64,000 bases of DNA from Chara braunii. Its lineage: Eukaryota; Plantae; Charophyceae. The translations under genes were made by a program, and so were the position numbers. The stretch is taken from the NCBI GenBank assembly GCA_003427395.1, contig BFEA01000026.1:198948-262947 (forward strand). Direction: 5' to 3'. The notes beneath the pieces are model-generated. The model did not search any database, had not been told where the DNA came from, and saw only the letters and a program-made list of their open reading frames with translations. Position 1 is the first letter of the stretch; every line of letters starts with the position of its first letter. This document shows, one piece after another, positions 24,453 through 38,551 of this stretch.

Positions 24453-27400
24453 GTGTGTTGTCATGTTCGATATACACACAGCTCAAAGAAAAAAGCATGA
24501 CTGTGCTAGACTGTTCGGTCGGACTTTCGCGGACTCGTCAGGACGTGGTGTGCGTTGTCATGTTCGCTTATATACAACTCCACAAAAAAAAATCATGACG
24601 GTGCCTGTCTCGGCTTCAAAGATTCGACTACCGGTACAATGAGACCCACAGAGTTGTGGCTCAATATTCACATGGTATTGCCTGCGCGCTCGTATTGCAG
24701 GCACCGACCACCGACGAAGACTCAAGAGTGCCTGCAGCGAAGGACAATCCATGGTATTTCCGGACCAGTCGACCTGTAACCCTGACCAGACATTGTCACA
24801 TATACCCTCAGACCGAGTGGCAACATGCCAACAGCTGATATACTCCCATGTTTTAGATGGCTCACGGTGCAAATCTCCGATTTCAAAAAGACAGTCGCAC
24901 ATCTGCGCTGAGCAGATAAGTCCAAACACTGCTTACCTTTCACTGTACTCTGCTCACCGATGTTAACACCAAAAAACCTACTACTGCCCTCGACAAAGCA
25001 CACGCCATCCTATCTATGGTATGTATCTGTCATCAACCATGCCTACGACGAATCGATTTAATCTACACCAGTGGACACTAACCTAAACCTACAGAAGTTT
25101 ACCATATGTAATCCTAAGCAGAAAATCTACTTCATTAGAGTTCAACCCAAGAAACAAATCTGCAGCAGTGGTAGAAAAGAAAAACGTTGATCAAATTAAC
25201 CTAAGAAAAAAAAAAGGAAATATGTTGAACTGCTCTGTACCTGCAGGCAGGCTGCAGAGAAGTTGCTACGCAATCAAGCCCTCTATTGATACGTAGACTC
25301 GAATGCAGTGCGGAGCAGCGGAAGCACACGATAACGGGCACGGAAATGAAATGGTAATGCAAAACAGAGGATAGGCAGCACAATTATTCCGATGCAGAGA
25401 CCAGCAAAAAAAAATTCATCTTCAGACGGCCATTTTCGAAACAGTGCGCGGAGGACTCCGCAATCCACCACCTTTCTTCCCAAAGCCACCTGGCTCTCCC
25501 TCCCCCCGCCCTAAGATCCCTCTGTTTCCCAAACACAGCTCCTTTCCAGCCATTCAGGGGCCATTTCACTTTTCTCCTGCCGCACCGATACAGACGCACA
25601 CAAGTGCTATTCAAGGCGCATCAACATGCAGGGACCTGCAGGATTTGCTGGGACCCGTCCTCACGGCAACGGTTGGCATGAGAAAGTACTACGCGGGCAC
25701 ACACATGCATTGGAGAATTACGCTCTCTTTCAGCGGAAACATACAAACGACAATCCTAAGCATGATTCCGTCGAAACTGTCAATGCGGCACCCAGCTCCG
25801 TGCGACCCATCACCACGGCTCATGACGACACCTTCAAGTGTAAGAGAATGGGAGGACGGTTTGCATCCCGCAGGGGAATCCAAGTCCTAGGTTGTATTGC
25901 CATCGAACTTCAGTGTTCAAACTTATTTCCATTGAGCGCTGCGCTCTTTCTTCTCTTGTGATCGTTAACTATCTGCCATGAAGTGTGCACCCCTCTGCAT
26001 ATCCTAGTGCGAGAGTGACAAAAGACGCACACCGCCCCCCCNNNNNNNNNNNNNNNNNNNNNNNNNNNNNNNNNNNNNNNNNNNNNNNNNNNNNNNNNNC
26101 CCCCCCCAAGTGCAGACTGGCATCATTTGAGAGCACATGCGAGGCAACGCCACTGTCAACCATCACCTTCCTGCTTGGCTGCCTTTCCAATACTCAAGCG
26201 GACAAACAGACACTGCTTGGCTCCAGGATTCAGACGCATACCATCACTCGCAAAACAACCTAAGGCCGTATGGATGGTATACTCCAATCGCGACCGGAAC
26301 AGCAGCAGCAGCAGGAGCAGCAGTGATCACGAGAAAATCGAACAACAGTAAACAGCTTTACCTCTGCAGCTGCTGCACAGAGTAAAACCCACCGTCTGTC
26401 CCCATCCGATCGCAAGGACCCTGTCGGCAACAGGAAATTCAAAGGGGAATCAAGGGATGAGATATCTACCCTCATGGTCAAACAAGAAGTCAAGTACTCG
26501 TCTGTGCGAGCGAGAAAAGACTACTTGAGCGAGAAAAGACTACTTCGCTCCTCGTACACAACCCAGGTTGCGTTGGGAAACAAGAAACACATGGTTCTTT
26601 TTGAAAAAATCAACCCTTATCATCGTCATAATCTCCGCACCATATCCCTGTCGAAACCTTTTTCTCAGTTAAACTCCCATCCACCTTTAAAAAAATGGTA
26701 TCCTCTACTGCGAAACAAACAGACAAAACAAACAAAGGCAAAAGATCGACCGAACGAACCCCCCTCCCTCCCTCCCCTCATCCTACTAGAAAACTGTCTT
26801 CTCTGACTGAACTTCTCTCCCTTGAAAATGTCCCAAATTAAGATGGATGAGTTAATGCTATTCTCTACTACCCTAAAGATACCAAACAAGAAGCTGGCAC
26901 AACGCTAACGACCTTACGTCCTAATACCCAAACTGAACAAGAGATCCAGCTTCAACAGATTACCTTCCTGCTTCTACGACAAACGTTCCCAAGTTCCAAA
27001 GCTAGCTACTCTCCTATTACTACTACCGGCTCTACTGCTCATAACAGCAGCACGTTCTAGGATGATGAGCTTAGGGTTATGACTGTTGCGGCTACTTAAA
27101 ACACCACAGTCGAGATCAGTCACAAATGGTTTCCGTGCACCGCCAACCCTAAGGTCTGCTGCCACAGCTGCAAACCATGCATGGAAAAAAAAGCCCTACA
27201 CTGACTTCTGCCGACATGCTACGCGAACAGCCCTCTCCCTTCCCCCCCCCCCCCCCCCCCCCCCCCTCTTTCCCCTTCCCCACCCCCCCTCTGGGTCTCT
27301 AGATCGGCCAAATATAAATGGCGCATCCAAAATGCAAACAAATGCATTTTGCACTCACTACACACATTACCACTCAGAATCTCTCTCTGGGTCATCCTAC

Positions 27401-27556
27401 AACACATGGATGCAATGTGAGCACCCAACGCAAAACTCACTCCCTGCCTGGAGTTCTACCAATGAGCAGCACCGCTCCCCATCTGTTCAGGCAACGACGA
27501 CATCCATGAATGGGATCCGCTAAAGATGAAGACCTAGAACGAAGACCGACCCTTCC

Positions 27557-30500
27557 TTACGGGAGGCGCATTTTGCGCTCCAGCTCGTCCAAAGGCACCA
27601 TCTGCTGCATCGGCCCACCGGGCATTGCTGGGAGATGCTGTCTATTCATATGCGACAACATCTCATTACCAAACCACCTCTCCAAGCCTGCATTATTTCC
27701 CCCTCCTCCACCCCCCCCTCCTGCCCCAACACCGTTTCCACTTCCAGTGCTGTTGTTGAACCCACCACCGAATTCACCATTCTTCACATCCAAGGGAAAG
27801 TGTGGCCCCGGTGCCGAGAACCCAACTGGACCCATATGGCCGGGTCTTTGACCGTGCATCTGCTGCCCCGGAGGGAGTGGAACACCTTGCTGCTGCAGAA
27901 ACTGATGGTTGAAAGGACCACCTTGAGGCATAGGTGGGCCTCCGTGTCCAGGACCGCCTCCTGGGTACAGTCCCCCCATTCCACCCTGTTGCCCCTGAGA
28001 TCCCCGGAGGTCTGGTTGGCTGTGGTCATGCATAAACGGCCCCGGAGGCAAAAAAGCTCCTCGCTGGTGCATACCACCACCCATCGGAGGGGGGGGTCCA
28101 CCTTGTCCCATGTGGGAGGGCACTGGCGGTCCCCCCACATGATGAAACCCAACCGGTTGGGATCCAGGCACCTGGCTCATCATCATATGTGGTGGCGGGA
28201 ATGGGAAGGGTCCAGGACCATTGTGGTTGAAAGGTCCCTGGACACCTGGAGCCATACCATCCATGGGAGGAAATACTGGGCCTGGGGGAAGCACATCCAT
28301 GGATCCCCCCCTGCTGAATTGCATTGGGGGCTGTTGCTGGGGCTGCATGGGATTTCCCTGTGGTGGGCGCATTTGCTGCTGGGGAGGGGCTCCCTGGTGA
28401 TGGACCGAAGGGCCCAGGCCTGGCTGGGGCATGGGCTGGGATGGGTGTTGTGACCTTATTGGCAGGAGAGGGGGTGGTGACTGTGACCTTATGAGTGAGG
28501 AGTTCATCAGTTGCTGCTGTTGTTGGGGCGACAGAATGGGCAGCATTCCTTGCCCACCTGGAGGCGCAGGTGGCATAGGCGGCTTCATTGAGCCCATGGG
28601 TGGTCCCGAATGCATTACCATTCCATTCCCACCTCTCTCACCCATTCCCATGCCTGGTGGACCATGTGGCATGCCAAGCATACCTGTCAGTCCGACTCCA
28701 GGACCTGGTTGCATTCCCGGACCCACCATTCCCATTCCGTGCACCGGCCGATTCATTCCGCCTGGTTCACCCATCATCCGCGGAACACTGCCCCCCGATG
28801 CAGACAGTCTACTCATGTTCGCCAGCATGTCATCTCCCTTTGCGTCGCCGGCACCAAGGGACTTTCCAAGTGGGTTCAACAAACCCCGATTCGCCATGGC
28901 CAGCGATACACCTGATTTCATAGGTTTCATCATCGACGGTGGCTCCATTGGATGTCCCCCCCTGTCAACATCCCTCATAGGGCCCAGAGGACTTCCCATG
29001 CCCTGAGCAATACCGGCATTCTTTCTATACTTATCAAAAAACATGGCAACATTTACAGGTCCCATGTCTTTCATGCCAGGACCTCCACCTGGCGGCTCAT
29101 TGGCCCGGTCCATCATCCCATGAGGAGGCTGAGGCCCATCCATACCCCCGAGGCCAACTTTACGCTCGATACCTCCAACGCTATTAGAAAGGCGGGTCAT
29201 GCCAGGACCTCCTTGCTGATTTGCAGAACCATACAGAGGTCCCCCTGAAGACGACAAGTTCTGATGCTGCATGCCAGGATGTTTTCCCCCCATCCCCTGA
29301 GGGCTTGGACCCCTCTCGTTCCCTTGCCTGAGCTGTCCTTGATCGACCTGTGGTGGAATGAGACACCATGGCACGCCACCTCGCATCTCACCCTCATGTG
29401 CAAAACCGCTTTGCTCCCTCGAAGCGCTGTTATTCAGGGGCCTAGTGTTTGGCCCAATTGCACCAAGCGGTGGCCTTGCACCATTCGAAAATGCTGCCCA
29501 CTGCGCACCTGTAGGCGGACCTGTGCCACTATTGGGTAGACACTCCCCCGCATTGTTCACAAGCACACTGATAGGAACGATGCTCGTTGCAGACCTTAAA
29601 CTGCCTCCACCAGGGGTTCCAGGACCTGTTCCTGAAGCCGCTCCAGCTGTGGGGGATAAACCAGGTCGCATTCCAGAGCCTGGAGTGAGCGGTGCCATTC
29701 CAGCCACTTGTTGAGGTCCAAATCCACCACCGCCAGGCCCCGACAAAGACTGCATCACCTTTGCCGCAGTGCTTCTCCTAGCAGCGTTCTGAGCCATACT
29801 CTGTGCAGATCCTGTTCGGTGAAGAAGCGCTAACAAGTGCTGTGATGCAATGCTTCGACGCTCTGATGATGACATCAGCATCATCATTCGGGATACATCC
29901 ACTAACCCGGGCATCGCATTCCGCACTGCCTGCATGTCCCGCATACCACGCGCACCAGCCTCTGCAAGAATGGACTGCTCAAGGTGCTGACAGGTTAGGA
30001 CAAGTGGCTGCCCATCCTGGCCAACACCCTGACTAGCATTCACACCCTCTACTCCATTCACATCACGAGCACTGTTCCCTGCCTTCCAGCTGTTGCCACT
30101 CACGTGCTGCTCACTCTGTTTGACACCCAAGAGATCCGCAAGCCGTCCTGAAAAAGTGTTCTCCGCCTCTAGCTGCAATTGTGATCGTATCACATTGGAC
30201 GGACTGCCTTGAAGATTCTGCAAACGGGCCTTTTCCAGCTGCTGTAGAAACATGTCAAGCTGCAGCTGAAGATCTGCTGCTTTCTTCGGATCCTTTCTTC
30301 TGTTTCCTACAGCTGCCTCAGCGGCCATTGCTTGCTCAATAGCTTCCAGAGATGGGCCCTGTGGCATAGGCAAAACCCGAGCAGCCCCACTCTGGAGGGA
30401 CAGCAGTGACAATGGCTGGGAAGGAGACTGCGGTGAGATGGGCGTCGGGACACTCGGACTGGGGCTCGGTAGAGGGGACATTCGTGCATCTGTTCTTCCT

Positions 30501-30606
30501 TTTGTCAAAAGCGACAAGAGATTTGCTGATGCAGTTGTGGACTCTAAGGGCGAACCAGAAGTGCTTTCAGCTGAACCCTGGGTGGATGATACCATGGCAT
30601 CACGGC
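27557..30606 (-). CDS. CBE1: Large terminal exon of the CBE1-like gene (M/G/P/Q-rich low-complexity region)
   Basis: Lies within the 1038-aa ORF 27557-30673. Acceptor gttgttgttgcag|GC at 30606 is phase 1, matching the upstream exon. Contains [22 protein letters not shown] and LERWFG. Confidence 0.88.
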
Positions 30607-33600
30607 CTGCAACAACAACGATTGACAACGGATTCACAGTGTCAGTCTGCAAAACCACAAAGAGCTGGAACATGGATCATCACAGGAAGGGACAAGACAA
30701 TTCTTCCACCTATTGTTTTCACAAACAAACATCCTGCTCAAATACCTCCCTCACACATTTTCCTCTCCATAACAGGCTAACAGACACCAGTACAGATCCG
30801 GATCAACAATCGGCATGCAAGGAGATGAAACTAAGACCCATCATATCGTGGAACATGCAAACCATACCTGGACAACAGAGGTGGGTAGGCCCCCAGGCAT
30901 ACAGAACTCGGTGGGGTAGAGCTGGATTGCCCGCGTTCAGGAAACCACCTCAGCAAAGGTGGTGGTCTTCAAGCGCTAGCAACAGAAGTCCTCAATCTTC
31001 AGTCAGTCGAATGCAAACAGGGTAAACCTAGAACTGATATTCAGTCAAGCATTTTGTTGATCTCAATGCAGTTGTAGATGATGCCCCATATCTGAATGGA
31101 ACATACTGCGCACTGGATCTCAATGACCATTTTTGTATTTCCAAGGCTCTTAGCGCCTTCCAACGCTGCAGTTGCAATGGATTAGCACAAAAGACGGTCT
31201 TTCACAACAGTCAACAAAGACTGGTGCTCATCCCCTACATGTGCAGCACAGTTTTTCCTCCCCGAGAGCCGCCGGAACACTAGAGGCCCAACCCCATTCA
31301 TGCTAGTATGGAGCCAGATAACTGAGCTATTATCAAACTTCATTGGTAGCGTAATCATCATCTCCCTCGTCTCCATCGTCATCACAGTCGGGTATCAAAA
31401 CCAAGATTATGATTATCATCAATAACCCCATCATTATCATCATCATCATCATCATCATCGTATCCTGTTCCTCTTCTTCCATTCCTCCACCTTCGGTTGC
31501 ATCGATTCAACGTTCCTTGTCAACCTTCGGATAACTAAGGGAACGGTATGGGAAAAATGAGGAGGCTTGGAAACTAGACATCAGGTAGTTGTCTTTTTCA
31601 GGACATCCTCTAAAACTGGAACAATACAGAGGGGATTGACATGGCCCCTGCGCACGAAGGACACACAAATCAACAAATGGTCCAAAATGAAAAGAAGGAA
31701 TAAAAGAGAGGTTAGGAGGAGTTCAACTTCGCATGCTCCACCACTCATGCAGCCCTCATCAATTCCTTTGAGTTTCAGCCTTGCTACCGTACTTCTCAGT
31801 CGGAGTGTTTAACACGTTAGCTAGGTCCCTCGTTGAATTGCCGCCCAAGACCACCGGGCGTAGACCAACACTCATCATTTACTTGAGTTAGTCCGTCGCG
31901 TAGAGACATTTGGAGAAGGGTTGTTGAAGGGCGAGGGAGAAAGTAGGACTGGGGCGAGGTCAGCAATGGGGGTCTGAGGGAGTGATGGAAAAAATTGGGA
32001 GGGAATAGCAGCCTGCATAAAGTTTGGACAACATTCAGAGAAGGCATCAGTCCTTGTTTTCTTGGGGGCCCTGGTACCCATTTCGCATAATCAAGTAGGA
32101 CTTGGATGTCGAGTGATATTTGATAGACCACATATGGGCAGAGGTCCACCACAGGTGGGTAAAGCTGATACAGCAAGGTGCGAGTGGTACTTCCTATTTC
32201 ACCTATATCACCTTCTTCCCAAAGTGCCAGACATATTCCAAAGGGGAGGACAAACATTTCTCATGCAACAACCTGCAATGGGAGAGGAAACTATGCTGGG
32301 ATAACGAGCAAGCAGCTTATCAGAAGCTTTCGCCATCAGGATCATCAGGACTGAAGGGCACAGAAAAGCGACAACAGAATCGGACAGATGGAAAAAGCTA
32401 AAAGACAACGAGAAAATCGAAGCGAGTCAGACCGAGTTTAAGCGAGCACCATGCTCGAGCAAAAAAGCTCGGTAGGACCACCCTTCCTCCCACAGACTAA
32501 TAATGGGCCATTTGCTAAGGAAAAAGAGGTTGTACTAACCCGAGTCTACACTCTCTTCTCCACAAGCCAGTGAAGGACAAAGCAAACATCGCAGCCGCAG
32601 AGGGACAGATGAACCACAAAACAACAGATTAACGACAAGCGACCAAAGGCCAGAGTTCACACTTCAAAGTTACCCCAGAGTGTTACAGCTCAGATCCGGA
32701 CAGTCGTCCCGCTGCACAAGAATAGCAAGCCAGGATGGCCATAGGCCAGTCAAGAAAAAGCAGCACCCGTGTCAAGCTTTCATTAATGGAGCCATGGGCA
32801 CACTGCTTCTGTTGGCTGGCCCAAGGCTCTCTTGGCTTTAATTAATCAAGGCTGACGTGAGCGCTGCTAAGAAAAACACTATCCTCGTAATTAATTGAAG
32901 CTAATCCATTCGCAAACACAGCGGCTACATGCATAAACAACAACGGGACGAGCAAACTGGACATCACAATCCCTTTGTACTTGTTACTTGCAGCTGAAAG
33001 AAAAAGTTTCAAGGTTCATTAGAAAAAGTTAGAAACTTTTTTCACTGATCACATGTGATTTCGACACCACTGGCAATGGCTCAGCAGAGTCAGCACACTA
33101 CAAAGCGGCCCTGGAAGTCGGTGTATGTAATATACACACCTGGTTGTTTAAACCATCTCTCAAACTTCGAGCTTGTCCCCCCGCCGGTCCACCGTTCATC
33201 CTTTGGCATCTGTGAAGGCCAGACGAAATACGACACCGGAGTAACGTTACCTATGGAGTGTGTAGGCAGGTATATATGAATCGACTCTCGTCATACACTA
33301 TAGAACAGCACTTGGCATGCAGGATAACAACAAGATGTAGAAGAGGCCTGACAGACAGGAGAAGGTATACGGGAAGGCACAACTTCAAGGAAAGATAAAC
33401 AGATCACCTTGTCTGACTGGACAGCATCATAGTAGATAGCATAATTGAACAGTTACGAGAATTTACGACCCATTCTCTGATAAACATCACCATTGAATCG
33501 CCGATCCACTTCGGCCATAGTTTGACAGTCAGTCTCTGCGTGTTCTACATATGTGAGCTGGAGGCTTGAACGAAATAAGTGGTCACTCAGTCGACCGCGC

Positions 33601-34922
33601 CAGTCTCACTCTGGATCATCCTTTGCAGTATGTGGCAACCCCAAGCCTGTCACCCCAGAGGTTTCTTTATGCTGTGCAACCATGAAATGGTTCACATCTC
33701 CAGTTGCAGTTTCAGGTATGCAGGCTGCAAAACTCTGACGATTATTGGATAGTTCCAGAGCAGATGGATGGTGCATCACCCAAGAAACCTGGGGAGCTGA
33801 TACACAAGTGTAATTACCTCCGAGCTTAGACGATTATTGAATAGACACGAGTTGCAGACCAGACGGTTGCTGCAGCACCCAAGAACCTGCGTGCACCTGA
33901 GACACGAGTGCAATTACCTCCAAGCAGCACCATCACCAGTTTGTAGTACTTTTGTAGATGTGGAGAATGCTTATCTGAGCCAGTATTTTAGGACTTCCAT
34001 AACCGTCATCGCTAAGTTTGGACATCTAGATGGCCAAGAAAGAAACTGGAATGCCTACTTTAGTTTCTAGGGTTTACATCATACATACTTGAGCCATCTT
34101 AATCAGTTCTAGGGTAACGGTCATGACTAGTACAGACATCCACATGTTGAGCAAGGCTATGCCCAACTGGTGCCATGTTCATGCTTGGAAAGCATGAAAG
34201 TAGCCGTGACATGACGGCCAGGTTCATACTTTCCTAGGATGAACCTAGCATCAAAGGGGTCTGACCCCGAGACATCGGATGATAGCTGCACCATTGCAGC
34301 TTGAGAACTACATGTCCATAAAAAGGCACCAGTTTTAGTTTTGCCCACAACCCCCTAAAAGTTCGCTTCTGGTTCGCCAAACCACTGCCAGATCAAAAGG
34401 CTCAAAAGAGTCATAATTGAAATCGGCTATTGCGGATCCAAAACATTTGTATTCCATAACATGCCAAAACATTTGCATTCCATAACATGCCAAAACATTT
34501 GCCTTCCATATCATGCCGGTGTATTAAAGCCAGGCATTATCTATAGAGCATACTTGCGGCGCACCGGCACTGTGCGCTGCGCACGGACTCAGGGTGCGCG
34601 CTCACCGGTGCACGCCGCGCATCTGGGTGCGCAGTGCTGTGCACGTCTGGTGTGCTGCACGCATGTGCGCAATGTATATTTCCATGTTCTAGCGGTGGAT
34701 TCATTTGATTTTGTTCTCTCTCTCTCTCTCTCTCCTCCCGACTTCTTCCCGCCGCTTCCCACCATCCCACCTTCGGCCTTTCTCCCGCCTTCCCCCATCC
34801 ACCATCGCTACTCTCTCTCTCTCTCCCCTCCCGACTTCTTCCGCCACTTCCCACCATCCCACCTTCGGCCTTTCTCCCGCCTTCCGCCATCCACCATCGC
34901 TACTTCTCTCTCCCTCTTCCCA

Positions 34923-34967
<45 letters not shown>

Positions 34968-35064
34968 CCCTCCCGACTTCTTCCGCCGCTTCCCACCATC
35001 CCACCTTCGGCCATTCTCCCGCCTTCTGCCATCCACCATTGCTACTCTCTCCCTCTTCCCACCA

Positions 35065-35106
<42 letters not shown>

Positions 35107-38100
35107 GCACACACACACACAAACAAAAAAACGAACTTCCCTCCTTTTTTTTTGGAGGCCCCGCGCAGCCTCAAATTTTTGTCAATATATTGTGGTTTAT
35201 GACACGACATCCCACTCGGGTCTAAAACAACCCTCCCCAACCTTTCTTTTTTTTTCCGCTCAATCCCTTACACACCCCGTGCGCGCGCGTCGTGCGCTGT
35301 GCGCAGTGCGGCGCGTGTGCGCGGTGCAGCGCACGTCAATGCGCCGCAAGTATGCTATAGAGTGACAACACGTCCACTTGGACGTAACACTGACAACCAT
35401 ACAACCTCAAACAGGTTATGAAAGACCTGCACCATCATTCTGTGTGAAGGCATAGAACCCACACCTTATCATCGTCTGCAGGCGCAACACTTGACGACTT
35501 GAGTTGATCAGCCTTCGCATTTTGAAAAAGTTTGTCCAATAGCGAGTCACTGACTTTTGGATTGTTGTCACCTTCCTCAGGAAGGAAGAGGTCTCCCTGG
35601 TCCCTAAGCCTCGTAAAAGCTGCCAGCAACTCCTCATTTTCCAGGCCTTTCAGATCGCCCGCCTTAGCTCCTTTGAGGAAACTCTGGAGAGGAGATGGAT
35701 CAAAAAGCAAGCCTACATTCCACATTCCATCTGGAAAGGGAATCCCAGAGGATTGGCGTGAACCTGGACCCACAGCTTTTGACGTTCCCGGGGCACTTGC
35801 AGAAATTACATTACTTGTTGCAGGTGAGGGTGATGTAGAGTCAGAGGAAGAGATGACATCCGTTTTCTGACTTTCGACTGCAGCGGATGATACAGTTTGT
35901 TGCTCTTTCTTTGCCGATTCCGCAGCGAGCCCTTCTGTATGGTTCTCTCTGGAAGAAGCAGTCAGTTCAGCATCAGATTTTCCATTCGGAGAGGCATTCT
36001 CTCTTTCAGTCCCTGAGTCCGATGAGACAGGCCGAGCATCCATGCTATCACTTTTTGCATCAACCTGTGGAATACACCAACAAAACCATCATACGCTGCT
36101 CTGTCAGAACAAAATCAAACGAACCATCCAGTAAAGTGTCAAATCTCAAGAGAGAAGACCACAGATTAGTGTAGGAAGTTCCCATACCATAGAGCAGACG
36201 CAAACCACCACCACCTTGAATTCGCAACAGAAAGAGCGGCAAACAATCAATCACCTGAAGGAGCAACACAAATCCTTTGCTCACAAAGAGCGGTAGACAA
36301 TGAAGCACCTGAACGATCCAGCTCAAAACAGATTCGAAAAAGGACACAGAACAAAGGCAGTTCATAGTACTTCATACTGATAATGTTTCAGAGTTCTATA
36401 CATTCTCGCTCTTAATAGGGAGCCACCAGAGGTCTTAAACAATGATAAGCACGGCTAAAATAACATCAAAACTATTGAGAAATGCATTGCCACCAGAGAA
36501 ATGCACTTTATGTCAGCCCTTGATTGTATCCAATTCAAGGGCACTCCCTCGTGCAAGAGCAACTGGTATTGCCAGGATGCCACCGCACTGTATCTGGCAA
36601 CCCACAAAAGTAATCACAATTAAAACCTTGGGTAATACTGGGGTATTCAAATAAGGGAGAACACCCCCTTGCCATCATGAAAACACCTTCTGTCACCATA
36701 CCATAGTAGCTGCATGAATCAGACCTGATACTTGGGGGGGTAGGGGGGGTCTCCATAGCGTCTGGTAACCAAGTATGGAGTCCTATTTGTGCGGATTTTC
36801 CTACAGCTCTGTATCACGTTGTTGGAGAGTGCCACTCTTGAAGACAGAGATCTCGGACCCCCATTGGAGAGCGGTTAGTAGAAGGACGAATTCAAGAGGG
36901 GACCAAGATTTTTAATCAGCATTGTCAGTGCCAAACTTCTTACGCCACCCTCCATCTGGGTGTGACTGACCCGGGAAGCTTTCTATGTACGTCTCCTCGC
37001 GGCTTTTTTGTGTCCACTTCTGCCCACAGCGTTTTATCAGTGCCTCGCAGAAGTATTCCCTTGATCTGTGCACGTTTCTTTTTCTGCAGCTTTCTTCACG
37101 TGTTTCCCCATAAGATTGGCCTTGCATTTCGAGTGTGCCCTCATGTGACCCTCGATAAACTTATAAATCCTGCTCAGCCAGTGCTGTGCTCTCTCATTGA
37201 GTTCCACCTACCTATCTCTGTTTAAACCACAGTTGTCCTTTATTCTTTCTGTGTAAATCTCTTTCCTTTCCCCTTTCTGTGCACTTCTCTGGGCTTCATT
37301 ATTTCAGTTAAGACCGAGAGACGCGACCTTTGTCCAATTGCAGCCATAGAGCTTCCTCCAAATAAAGACACGTACATGAGTGCACACACAAACCTACACA
37401 CACCGGACATGCACACAAACACACGCACCACCCACACACACATACAAAGACCACACGCACAGGCACACATGACACATCAGAGGGGACAAAGCATCCACAC
37501 AGGACGTGGCATCCTTGTCAATCAGTTAACAAACAAAACAGTTAAAACATGCAGCACTCAAACAAGAGCCGAGATTTAGACAAGGGGAAGTAACAGCCAG
37601 AAAGTGGGACCATACCGGGCCAACAGCTGAGGAGGATCCATTTGCCTGCTTTTTCTCAAAACCGGGTGGAACTGCTGCTCTGAGTGGCCGAGACGCAGGA
37701 ACTGATTGCGATGAGCTCACGGCATCAGATGCTCCTTGTCCAAGTGTACCATTGGGCCCCAGTATTCCAGCACTTGCCTTCCCTTCTCTTTCATCACCAT
37801 CAGTTCCCAATCCATTGTCACCATCCCAAAGGGTCTGCTCATCATACTTGCGTCGCTCAGTCTTAACATCTGCACTGCGCACACCCTGCTGCTCAGCAGC
37901 AAGGCGTTGTCGATGCTGAAGCTCCCGCATCTGTTCAAACTCCTCTGCAGCATTAAGCACGGCAATACCAAAAAGTGTTATTGCACTAGATATCAAGAAC
38001 ATCACCCATATTCGGCTGCACTAGAAACGAGGACCGTGCCATTGTCACTGATGCCGCTCCACATTACCAAACTGACCAACCTCATTCAGCAACCATGGAA

Positions 38101-38479
38101 GAAGACAAAAGAGGAAGGAGGACATACATTTAGCAAACAAATGCAAAAGCAGAAGAGAACATCACTATCTCGTTGTCGACAATGTTTTTCACAGTAAATG
38201 TAAACTAGTAGCTTCACAATGCACATTACTCGACAAACAATCATTCGACTTGCAAAAACTTTGGTGAGTGTTCCAGCTCTCTCTCTCTCTCTGTGTCTGC
38301 AGCCAGCTCATTGAGATCTTAAAGAAAGGCCACCCACCTCAATTTTTATGGCACTGTCACGCTGTGTAGTGCCTGGGCTTTATAATTCTGTACAACCACC
38401 TGCTGCAGCAAAATTGTGGCATGATGCTATCCACCTCTCTGTATCACAGGCTTTATAACGCTGTGGTGCCACCTGCTGA

Positions 38480-38551
<72 letters not shown>

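Noticed and set aside
24550-27000. Scattered strong splice-like signals downstream of the CBE1 stop
   Set aside because: No coherent reading frame; they could be 3'-UTR introns but cannot be supported without transcripts.
30868-30975. Candidate 108-nt CBE1 exon (one frame reads LLRWFPE)
   Set aside because: From the obvious acceptor all three frames contain a stop. It was left out of the model, although an exon may exist here with another acceptor.
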